A stretch of 64,000 bases of DNA from Octopus bimaculoides (lineage: Eukaryota), in the NCBI RefSeq assembly GCF_001194135.2, contig NC_068982.1, positions 36,897,217 to 36,961,216 of the forward strand, written 5' to 3'. The notes under the pieces were generated by a model, which saw only the letters and a program-made list of their open reading frames with translations, was not told the DNA's origin and made no database searches. Shown here piece after piece: positions 12,487 to 23,086 of this stretch; position 1 is the stretch's first letter; every line of letters starts with the position of its first letter. The translations under genes and the position numbers were made by a program.

Positions 12487-13484
12487 ATGGAAACACCTTA
12501 AAATTTCAAACAAATTTATTTTAATATGGGGTAGGACCGCCTTTGGCAGTAATTACAGCTTGAATTCTACGAGGTATGGTCACATACAAAGTTTGAATTG
12601 TTTCCAAAGGAATTTTTGTCCATTCTTCAGCTAAAATGGTCTCCAGGTCTTGTAGTGATGATGGTGAAGGATATCAGCTCCTTACTTGTTTATCTAAAAT
12701 GCACCATAAATGTTCAATAATATTGAGATCTAGGGACTGTGGTGGCCACATAAGATGTTCAACTTCACTAGAATGTTCCTTATGCCATTCAGTAACAACT
12801 TTAGCTGTGTGAGTTGATGCATTATCATCCTGAAAGATTGCATTTCCCTCCGGAAACAGATCCGGAACCATAGGATGAATTTGATCAGATAAAATGTTTA
12901 AATAATCTTGACTATTAATTCTGCCATGAAGGGAAACCATTGAGCCAGCGGATTTCCAAGATCATCACAGATCCTCCTCTATGTTTAACAGTTGGAAGAA
13001 GGCAGTCTGGGTCGAATGCTTCTTTTGGCTGTCTCCGCATGTATACTAGGCTGGTGGTTGGAAATAAGGTAAAGGACGACTTGTCCGAGAAAATAAAATT
13101 CTTCCACTGCTTTAGGGACTAATTCTGTAGGATTTTACTCCACTCTAAATGCTTTGCTGCATTTGATTTTGAAAGTAGTGGTTTTCTGATTTTAGCCCTC
13201 CCGTAAAATCTGGCTTTGTGCAACTCCCGGCGAACAGTTTTTGTGGAAACTGGTTTCTCGAGGTGGTCATTAAGATCTGCAGTAATTCTGGGAGCTGTAC
13301 TTTAGTGATCCTTTCTCACAATTTGTGTAAGCGTGCAATGGTCCCTATCTGAAAGTTTTGGTTTTCTTCCAGAGTTTTGTTTCGATGTGGAGATTTTTCC
13401 TTCTTTCTCAATGACTGTCATTACTTTCAAGACAGTACTTCTTGATACACCAAACATTTCGGTTGTTTTCATTATGCTAGCACC
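12487..13484 (-). mobile_element. Tc1-family (DD34E) transposon, truncated, pseudogenised transposase
   Basis: Fragments FGVSRSTVLKV...KQNSGRKPKLSDRD (HTH), IFQDDNASTHTAK...WPPQSLDLNIIEHLW (D..34..E); collinear with 56967-58008. Confidence 0.92.
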
Positions 13485-13939
13485 AGGGAAAGAGAGTGAC
13501 AGACAGACCCAATATAATTTATGTGGATGATCTTTCACAGCAGATTGACTTTATTTTTGACACCTGCACTTGTTTTTTCTTTAATGTACAATGTATATTT
13601 ACATAATGTGTTTTTTGTGTTCACTTGTATCTATTTATTTGTTTACTTGTATTATGATTTAAACATTTGTTCACTCTCATACCTATGCTAAGTTATACAG
13701 TGCTTTCAAGTATCAGTATAAGCACAACCATAGATTACAAAGGCACAATTATACCTTATCTATATGTGCATATTTTTATCTTTATGCTTGTGAATATGTG
13801 AATGTACATATTTTTTATTTGTATTTATGTAGGCATTTATATATGTATGATGACACTGATGCACACACACACTCACACACACACAATAGCAGAGATACCT
13901 GGACTTGCTCGGGATTAAAATGGCATAGTTTTTTTATTG

Positions 13940-14100
13940 TTTTACTTGTTTCAGTCATGTGACTGCGGCCATGCTGGAGCACAACCGTTAGTTGAACAAA
14001 TCAATTACAAGATTTATTCTTTGTAAGCCTAGTACTTATTCTATCAGTGTCTTTTACCGGACTGCTAAGTTATGGGAATGTAAACACAGCAACATCAGTT
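13940..14100 (-). mobile_element. 3' half of tRNA-derived SINE (family of 36822-37227)
   Basis: cttgtttcagtcatgtgactgcggccatgctggagcac...ctagtacttattctatc is the reverse complement of the 36.8-kb copy tail. Confidence 0.8.
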
Positions 14101-15017
14101 TCGTGTTTTTGGGGTTTTTTTCTCCGTGGATTACCAAGAAAATAATTTGGAAAAAAGTGGAAAAAAAAAATGAAGAAATTGGGGTGGGGAGGAAGAAAAT
14201 TGAAATATTGAGAACGTGTTTTGTGGGTGAAATCCTAATCTCCTGTATTGAAAGCATAGGAATCAGATGAAATTTAGGGGGAAAAGGGGTGGGGGGGCAA
14301 ATGTGTCATCGGACATGCTAGAAACAACAGGTGAAGGACAGGATTTCTGAGCAAACTTTCTTCTAAATTTATGTGGAAGATCAGGTTTTTAAAATACTCT
14401 CATCTCAAACACAAATTACAGAGTAGAAAAAGGTAATTTCAATTGGATTTGAGTTGTAATTTTGCGTGTGCACACAGCAAGAAATAACGTAATTTGTACA
14501 CAAGTTTTACTTAGAGAGTATGTGTGTACCAAAGGAAGTTATTTTATGGCATTCATTCATTTGAAGCAGAAAGTTATCAACTCGATGATGTGGTCGATTA
14601 TATGGGATCATATGATTGTTTGTGAAATTCTGTAAAAAATTTTTATTTTTTTATGCTTTGAAGAGAGCAGAAATTGAAAGAGTGGAGAAAGTGAAAAGGC
14701 AACATTTGCTTTGAAGTGAGAGCAGAAAGTGAAGGAGAGGAGAATGTGAAAGATGTATGTACATGTATATGAAATGGACGTTCAAGTTTAATGAGAATAT
14801 TTTGAAAATTTTCCTTTTACCCATGATATATTTTATAATAGAACTCTCTAGAATAATAAGTTGTAATATAACCTGTATTTGCTGGTGTACAAGATGCACC
14901 CTTCTTTTTGCAATCATATTTTGTGCAAAAAATAAATTTACTATGCAGTTCTATATTTAAGAGATGAGGAATTATGTACATTATTTATATTTGACGGATA
15001 TTTGTTCTCATCTTGTT

Positions 15018-15063
15018 AACACAACGTTTCGGCTGATATACCCTCCAGCCTTCTTCAGGTGTC
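15018..15063 (-). ncRNA. Minimal type I hammerhead ribozyme motif of the Penelope-like element
   Basis: Minus strand GACAC-CUGAAGA-A-GGCUG(10-nt loop)CAGCC-GAAAC-GUU-GUGUU; stem I GACAC/GUGUU, stem II GGCUG/CAGCC, palindromic AACGUU helix III. Confidence 0.8.
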
Positions 15064-15124
15064 TTGAGGAAATTTCAGACTTTGGTTCTCATTCCCAAGG
15101 TATTTTTTGATGTTATTATTATTA

Positions 15125-15203
15125 TTATTCAGGTCACTGCTTGGAATTGAACTCTGAATCTTGGGGTCAGTAGCCTGCACTCTTAACCACTACACCATAT
15201 GCC
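15125..15203 (-). other. tRNA-derived (Pol III A/B-box) cassette inside the Penelope 3' region
   Basis: Minus strand ggcatatggtgtagtggttaagagtgcagg...gagttcaattccaagc then (aat)n; no intact cloverleaf. Confidence 0.65.
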
Positions 15204-15753
15204 TGTGGGTAATTAGGGAGTGAATTTTAGGGCTTATAAATCTAATATTTTCCTATCCTTCCTTAATACCGGTTCCCATATGCTACTCATATCTGCACTT
15301 GGTCTGCTTAAGAGGTTGTGGTGTTCTAGCATATGTGCTGCTTCTTTTAGTTTTTGTATTTTCCAGTGGTGTTTTCTGTCTATTATTTTAACTTCATCCC
15401 ACAGGGATGGGGGGGGGGGTCTCCTTTTTTCCATACGTGATCAGCTATACCCGATTTATCAATATTTCCTCATGTCACAGCTTTGCGATGTCCGTCTACC
15501 CTTATTTTGAGGGGCGCCATGTTTCACCTTTGTATAACCTACCACAGCTGCATGGGATGGATTACACGCAGTTTTTGATCATATTCTCTTCTATTGGTAG
15601 TTTTACTCAAAGGAGATATTTGTGAAGTGTTGTATTACTCTTGAATACTGTCCTGATGTCATATGAGCCACATATCTTTTGTAGCTTTACGGAGAGGCCT
15701 TTCACATAGGGTAGACAGACTGTAAACAGTTTATTGGTTTCATCCTCTTGTAG

Positions 15754-16183
15754 TAATGCCGTGCGCATGCGTTGTCTCACGCATGCGTGGAATTCAAGAA
15801 GCAAGCGTTCCCGCTTCTATTCTATCTCTTTCTCGGTCGGCCAGCCATGAGCATGGACGTGTCAAGCAGTGTCTCCAACATTCCAACCTGGAGACAGTCT
15901 CTTTCTTGCTGGCCAGCAATAGAGCATGGACGTGTTTAGCTATCACTCTCCATCTTTCGGACTTACACTCGACAGCTCGCTTACATCTACATAACAACGT
16001 CCCAACAACTATGCTCACACACACAGAAGCTGTAACAACAAACAAGAGCTAAAGATGTATATATTTACCACCTGAATAAATGTTGTTTAAGTTGATAGTC
16101 TGGAGTTCAGTGTTCCGTTATATTCATTAATTTTATATAGGAAAGTCAGGTATACATCTAATGATGTATAACCAACTTTCCTA
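15754..16183. mobile_element. Unclassified ~430-bp non-coding insert splitting the Penelope ORF, with a terminal 46-nt hairpin
   Basis: Penelope coding similarity stops at ~16184 and resumes at ~15753; hairpin 16138-16183; internal imperfect direct repeats. Confidence 0.7.
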
Positions 16184-17074
16184 TACTCTCTTTTCTTCGT
16201 AATTGGAGTGGATAGTATGTTTTTGGGGTAGTCGTTACTTAATAGATTGTTATTGAGTTCGATCATTTTTTCGTGGTGTGTATCACGATCACTACTTATA
16301 TTCTTTGCACGATGTTTTAGGCACTGAGCAATCCCTTTCTTTACACTGTATGGATGGTGGGAATTGAAGTTGAGGTATCGTCCAGTGAAGGTTGGCTTGC
16401 GGTATATGGATGTCCTGAATCCATACTTGGTGCGTGTTACTAATACGTCCAGGAATGCTAGCTGATTGTCTTTTCTTGTTTCCATTGTGAACTGTATGGA
16501 TGGCTTTATTGAGTCAACATGATCTAACAGCACCTGGACATCTTCCTGGTGGGGCCAGAATGTAAAGGTGTCATCAACATACAAAAGGTTGTGTTAACGA
16601 CAAACAGAATGAGGACAAATATCCATCAAATGTGAATAATGTAAATAAATTTACTACGTTTCATCACACACCTATTGAAAGATATTTTAAAGTGATTTTG
16701 TAGGGTAAAACCTACGGTTATGTGTGTGTGTGAATTCAATTTTATGACAGTATACTGGAATAAAGTAGGAAACTGTAAATTTATCATAAATAATCTAGGT
16801 TACGAGGTTACCATATTTTAACTTTATCTTCTTTCAGGCCAACTCTATAGTTGTTTATATTTTAGTCTAGAGAATTGTCATACAGGATGTAAAACTTGTA
16901 TTTCTGGATGTAAGGTTTTGTATAACTTCAGCTGATTATCAAGGTGGGGCACTATAGTTTTGTTGTAATCCACTCATTGCAAAGAACAAATAGACAGAGA
17001 GAATTTTCAGTTAGATCAGTGGTTCTCAACCAGAGTCCATATAAGATTTTATTGTTAAAATTTATGTGCAATAA

Positions 17075-17490
17075 GTTGTGTGGCAGATGCACACAGCCAG
17101 TAAACACTGAAAATGTACAGAAAACAGATTCTATCACATACCGGGAGGAAAAAACTAAAAGTAGTTGATAGCTTTCATTACCTAGGTAACCAAGTCAGTA
17201 GCGGGGTGAAAGATCTGAGAGCGTAGCTACTAGAATAAGAATAGCCTGAGCAAAGATCAGAGAGCTCCTACCTCTGCTGGTAACAAAGGGCCTCTTGCTC
17301 AGAATGAAAGGTAGACTGTATGTGTGCGAACAGCCATGCTACACGTCAGTGAAACATGGGCTGTAACTGCTGTGGACATGCGTAGGCTTGAAAGAAATGG
17401 AGCTAGTATGCTCTGTTAGATGTGCAATGTCAATGTGCATACACGACAGAGTGTAAATGCCCTGAAAGAAAAGTTGGACATAAGAAGCCT
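17075..17490 (+). mobile_element. RTE-clade LINE, RT C-terminal fragment
   Basis: EKLKVVDSFHYLGNQVSSG ... ETWAVTAVDMRRLERN remnants with frameshifts. Confidence 0.8.
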
Positions 17491-17557
17491 TGTGAGTTGA
17501 TTTGGTAGATGGAAACTGAAAGAACCCTATTGTGTGTGTGTGTTCATTGTACTTACA

Positions 17558-17589
<32 letters not shown>

Positions 17590-18304
17590 AGGGACATGTT
17601 CATATCTCCTTTTTTTGACATCATGTCATAGTTGCAAACAAGTGTCACCATCATACAAGGATATGCATGATTCAAACCTGTCCCAAAACAAATTGAAAAT
17701 CCCAATTTTCTTTTTAGTAAACTGGTGTTTCTTAGCACTTATATCCCTGAAATTGTTTTAGAGCAATGCTATTAATGCTCTTTCTGTCTGTCTGTCCATC
17801 TATCCATCTGAATGAATGAATGAATGAATAAACAAAACATTTCTCTGTCATAGCTTTTGGTTGTTCATGCATGTAATTTGAATGAAATGTGCATAATTTG
17901 ACCAAAACCAAGGAAATTGCATATGTATACAAGCTGCTCAAATTCCCACAAATCACATCCTGTCTTCTTGAAAATGGAAGAAGTGTGTAGTCCCTGGTAC
18001 AAACAAAAATAGATGGAATGCTTTCATCAAAAGTCTACTTAAACTAGAAATATTTGACTGAATTTCTTTCAAATAATGCATTCTACAGTATTAAAATGAG
18101 TAAGTTCATCATATACTAAAACTAATGTTGATATCATATATGCTGTTATTACAATAGTGTGTTCTTGCTATGTGTGAATTGTTATCACATTTACTCTTTG
18201 GTTACAGCTCTTTCAACAACATACAAGTTAAATAGATCATTTAACAAGCTGAAAAACATGAATATGAGCAATGTGTGTATGTGTGTGTGTGTGTATATAT
18301 ATAT

Positions 18305-20055
18305 ACTAGCAGTATAACCCGACCTTGTCTGGGTGTGACTTATTATGCCATCTACGATAAGTCTTGCTAGCTGAAAATCAACTAAAAAAGAAAGCCTTAC
18401 AACGAAAAAACCCTTATGATGTAATTATGTTCATAATTCAAAAGACGATGAAATTAATAGGGAAAGTCTGAAGGCTGTTTTGCGTAAAATTATTAAGCAT
18501 ACGTAAATTTCATCCGTGTAATTGGCTATAGAAATGCTTGTGCAAAACAACTTTTTGCGCTGCCCTGATTATACATAGCAGGGTAATCCCTTTTAGCAGG
18601 AGCTAGGACGGCAATTTCTGATGAAGCNNNNNNNNNNNNNNNNNNNNNNNNNNNNNNNNNNNNNNNNNNNNNNNNNNNNNNNNNNNNNNNNNNNNNNNNN
18701 NNNNNNNNNNNNNNNNNNNNNNNNNNNNNNNNNNNNNNNNNNNNNNNNNNNNNNNNNNNNNNNNNNNNNNNNNNNNNNNNNNNNNNNNNNNNNNNNNNNN
18801 NNNNNNNNNNNNNNNNNNNNNNNNNNNNNNNNNNNNNNNNNNNNNNNNNNNNNNNNNNNNNNNNNNNNNNNNNNNNNNNNNNNNNNNNNNNNNNNNNNNN
18901 NNNNNNNNNNNNNNNNNNNNNNNNNNNNNNNNNNNNNNNNNNNNNNNNNNNNNNNNNNNNNNNNNNNNNNNNNNNNNNNNNNNNNNNNNNNNNNNNNNNN
19001 NNNNNNNNNNNNNNNNNNNNNNNNNNNNNNNNNNNNNNNNNNNNNNNNNNNNNNNNNNNNNNNNNNNNNNNNNNNNNNNNNNNNNNNNNNNNNNNNNNNN
19101 NNNNNNNNNNNNNNNNNNNNNNNNNNNNNNNNNNNNNNNNNNNNNNNNNNNNNNNNNNNNNNNNNNNNNNNNNNNNNNNNNNNNNNNNNNNNNNNNNNNN
19201 NNNNNNNNNNNNNNNNNNNNNNNNNNNNNNNNNNNNNNNNNNNNNNNNNNNNNNNNNNNNNNNNNNNNNNNNNNNNNNNNNNNNNNNNNNNNNNNNNNNN
19301 NNNNNNNNNNNNNNNNNNNNNNNNNNNNNNNNNNNNNNNNNNNNNNNNNNNNNNNNNNNNNNNNNNNNNNNNNNNNNNNNNNNNNNNNNNNNNNNNNNNN
19401 NNNNNNNNNNNNNNNNNNNNNNNNNNNNNNNNNNNNNNNNNNNNNNNNNNNNNNNNNNNNNNNNNNNNNNNNNNNNNNNNNNNNNNNNNNNNNNNNNNNN
19501 NNNNNNNNNNNNNNNNNNNNNNNNNNNNNNNNNNNNCACGATGTGAATGATTGTTTACTTGCACGTGTATACGTTTGAGAGAGCGAGAGAGGAAGAGGGG
19601 GAGAAATGAATAGAGATTGAGAGCAACGTGTATGTTGTTTTCACAGGTCATGCATGTGTGGTTGTGTGTGTTTTTACATATCTATGTTCTGAAGAATAGG
19701 TAAAGAACACTGAGATGAAAGTTTAATCTATGACGTTGTATGTATCACTTTCTCTCTCTCTCTCTCTCCCTCTTTTACTTTTACTCTCTATATTTTTATG
19801 TTGAGCACATGTGTAAGAATGGCATTCCAGGTAGCAGGGATGAAATATAAAAGTTGCTAGAAACAACAGCCAAATCTCCCTTAAATCACACAAAGTAAAC
19901 GGAATTTAAAAAATCTAATTACTGCACTGGAAAGTTCAGATCGAGAAAATTCCATTGATGTAAAAATTTTTCCGAAAAAGTGGAAAATGTGGATTTCTAT
20001 AAACATTCAAAAAGGCTTCACACAGACACACAATTTCAGATTTATATATTAAGAT
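18305..20055 (+). mobile_element. Probable non-autonomous Helitron-like element spanning the 909-N gap
   Basis: Starts actagcagtataacccgaccttgtctgggt (subterminal hairpin) after (TA)n; ends cacacagacacacaatttcagatttatatattaagat; resembles Lep1/DINE-1-type ends by recall; continuity across the gap not visible. Confidence 0.45.
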
Positions 20056-20089
20056 ATATATGCCTTCCCCACAAAAAATTTGCATGCAT

Positions 20090-20126
<37 letters not shown>

Positions 20127-21027
20127 TTAAGCTGAAGGGAATCTGGGAATCCAGGCAGAAATTCTCCCACACAATCATTTGTATCTATATATAGGTGAAT
20201 TCATACAAGTTCTTGTATTAAATTATTCATCAAGGTCAGAATGAAATGAATATGGATTTTACATTAAATAATGACTGTTACATAGTCATTGCTCATATAC
20301 ATAAGTACTAATATAGGTATGTATCTGTGCTTATGTATAATGATATTTATACAAATAGATTATTATATGTAGATAAGCATGCTTATATGTATGTCAGTAT
20401 TTGATTTCTATATGTAATTGCCAAATATAAAATTGTCATTTAGTTTAAGTGTTACTACAGCACAGTCTTTTAGCACAAGTCTCAACCTAACCTGTCTTTC
20501 ACCTTTGTTTACATACTTGCGTGAATGATTTCATTTAAATATTAGAACAACACTTCTCATCCATAATGACAAAATCTGTCTTAAATTTTCAGCTGTCATT
20601 CATGGATCATATTCTGAATTCCATATTTACCAAACTCACCCAAATGCTTGATACTGTTAAATATTTTTATTTCATTTTTCCATAGTTATAGTGGAGGGAG
20701 CACTTTACTCTGCAAAGACATGGGGGTAATTGGTGTTTTATGTTGTATCATTGTCTTAGAAATATTTTTCTTGTGTTATAACATATCTATTTAAAGTTAT
20801 AGCAAAAGTTCAAATTTTCTATAGTGTCTACTAAAGCAATTTTTAGACATGGCAGAACATTAAGAGACAGAAAAATTATGTAAATATGAATTATATTACT
20901 GATAAAGATTATAAAATGCATTTCTTGAATATTACTCAAATAAGCTTTGCTTATTTTATAATTATTTTCTTACTGTATAACAATGCTGTTTTACTGGAAT
21001 TAATTGTAACTACTTTATTAATTTCAG

Positions 21028-21172
21028 ATTACAACAAGTATTAATGGAATTGCAGCATCAACAGTTAGAAGAACTTGATAACTGGCTTTCTGAAATGGAA
21101 CAATCAACACTAAGCCAGCAATTAGTTGGATGTGATTTGGAAAGTATTAAAAATCAAGTTGAGCAACATAAG
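21028..21172 (+). CDS. DMD: Dystrophin exon 3 of window (145 nt, phase 2/0), R2 start
   Basis: atttcag|A TTA CAA...CATAAG|gtaaaa; LQQVLMELQHQQLEELDNWLSEME...DLESIKNQVEQHK. Confidence 0.96.
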
Positions 21173-21807
21173 GTAAAAATATTTAATATATAATGCTATA
21201 TTATGTATGTACTGTGTTTACTTTACTATTAGCTTTTTGAAATAACTGTGCCTGTCCTAGAAACCTATAATTAGTAAGTAGTTACTCTCAGTAAATTTAC
21301 TTGAGAATTAAGGTAGTTGAAATGCATATATGAAAAAGATTTAAAGTGTGTCAGTCTACTGGAATAGAAGCATGCACAATGAATGAGTGGGTGTCAACTA
21401 AAGTATATGCAGGTACATCGATGGAAAGGCTAATTTGCTCTGAAAAATTATGATTGATGAAGCAAAGTTTTATTCTGTGTTGTGACTCGTGTTTGAACAA
21501 TCTGATCTTTTCATTATGTAAATGAAGCAAATACCTTTTTAAGATCAAACTTATATTAAAAATTTGTTGTAAGCCTTCTTTAACAGTTTAATACTAGCAG
21601 TACTTTGTCCTGGGTATGACTTCAAACTGCATCTGATAGTGGGGCCCTGGTTCAGGAGTTCCAGGATTTTGAGGAGTGTAGAACCACTTCTTAACCACTA
21701 TTGTTCCCAGGTCTGCTCTGACCCAGAGTAATGGCACCTGTCAGGGTCTCAGCTATGGGTTAATTAGCATGTTGGAAGAGACTTGAAGTACAAATTGTTA
21801 CTGCCTT

Positions 21808-22148
21808 GTAAGGGTAAAGAGTAAAGACCGTTTCAGTCATGACCTACCATGGTATTGCACTTAGAATGTTCCCCTCCAAAGCACAAGTCCAGGTAAGGTT
21901 GTTTATGGAAGACCAGCAGTCACCCATGCATACCAGCCTCCCATCTGCATGCCACTGGTGGTATCCATGAGAAAGGCAGAGGCCAATACATTTTGGCGCC
22001 AGTGACATCACAACTCATCTCTACAGCTGAGTGAACTAGAGCAACATGAAATAAAGTGTTTGACTTAAAAACACAACACACAGCCTGGTCTAGGAATCAA
22101 ACTCACTACCTCATGAGTGTGAGCCTGACACTCTAACGACTGAGCCAG
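21808..22148 (-). mobile_element. tRNA-derived SINE (third family)
   Basis: Minus head ggctcagtcgttagagtgtcagg...gagtttgattcc (A/B boxes) then tgtgttgtgtt...acactttatttcatgttgctc core. Confidence 0.7.
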
Positions 22149-22979
22149 TACCTTGGGAAAGGAAAAGCTTTGGGGAGTCAACCTTGACAGTAAATCAAAG
22201 TGGAGTCTCTTAAGTGGTACAGTGCCTTGTTTGACATCCTTCTGGCTACTCCAGTATAGGTGGAGCTCTGCAGTCCTTTAAGACAATTTACGTAGAAGAC
22301 CTTGCCAGTGTAAAACTTACAGCTTGCTAGTCATTGTGGCTGTCTTAGCCTGCTGAGCCACTATGGTCAGATTGCCAAGTCTAAAGAGTTGGATGAAATT
22401 GTGCAGACTGACTCTCACTTTAAAACTACTAAGGGCAGGCAAGAAGAAAAGCCCTGCATTATCACATATTAGTTTACAAAGCCACTCTCCCTCAGGATTT
22501 TCAAATATGAAGAAACCGCCATCATCTCTAGCAGAATCTGTAGAAATTTTACAGTTATTTTGAGAACTATAGCGTTAGAAATTTTTAGAGATGCATGATA
22601 TATAGTTTCTTTTAAAATTATTCTTTTGCTGAAACATTTGATTACTGAGACATAGGTTGTAGTGAAGATGCAGTGTTATAAGGGAATATCTTTGAAAATT
22701 ATATTCTTTTGTTATTCATTGGCCAGCTTTTATACCTTGTCAGTTGTTATCCTACTATTTTTATCTGTGTCAGTAAAATCTTCACTATGGAATGAAATCA
22801 AAAACAATGATCTGAATATAATGTTACTCTGCTACAGCATGATTTTGTTGGTAAAGTTTTAACAAATTGTAATATGCTGTTATGCATCCTTACTTTCATA
22901 TCATAGAAAATGCATATGGCTGGACTTGAGCCCACAGTTCCAACAAATGTGGTAGTGTAACTTCTTCACTGAGCTGTGG

Positions 22980-22982
<3 letters not shown>

Positions 22983-23021
<39 letters not shown>

Positions 23022-23051
23022 CCTCTCTCTCTCTCTCTCTCNNNNNNNNNN

Positions 23052-23077
<26 letters not shown>
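22983..23077. repeat. (CT)n microsatellite with 10-N gap
   Basis: Direct reading; similar arrays at 27880-27938 and 43881-44352. Confidence 0.95.

Positions 23078-23086
<9 letters not shown>

Larger units (their letters stand above)
14948..16651 (-). mobile_element. Penelope-like retroelement (RT + GIY-YIG type), 5'-truncated, decayed, with nested insert and inverted terminal copy
   Basis: RT end YVDDTF...LAFLDVLV...IYRKPTFTGRYLNFNSHHP (16584-16184); LPYVKG linker; GIY-YIG remnant CV*SIPCSCGRLYKGET (~15600-15500) with stop and frameshift; C-terminus WDEVKIIDR...KLKEAAH; hammerhead in the 3' region. Confidence 0.93.

Noticed and set aside
15131-15203. Possible tRNA gene (also SINE heads at ~22100, ~36830, ~53300)
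   Set aside because: A/B boxes are present but there is no complete cloverleaf or acceptor stem; these are tRNA-derived repeat heads.
18590-18627. Minus-strand ASSEIA resembling the Helitron helicase ASSGIA motif, and ctgatga resembling a hammerhead box
   Set aside because: The similarity does not continue convincingly and the adjacent sequence is a gap.
18526-19651. Long ORFs of 309-352 aa (also 43789-44440 and 60112-60618)
   Set aside because: They consist almost entirely of X from N-gaps; not real coding evidence.
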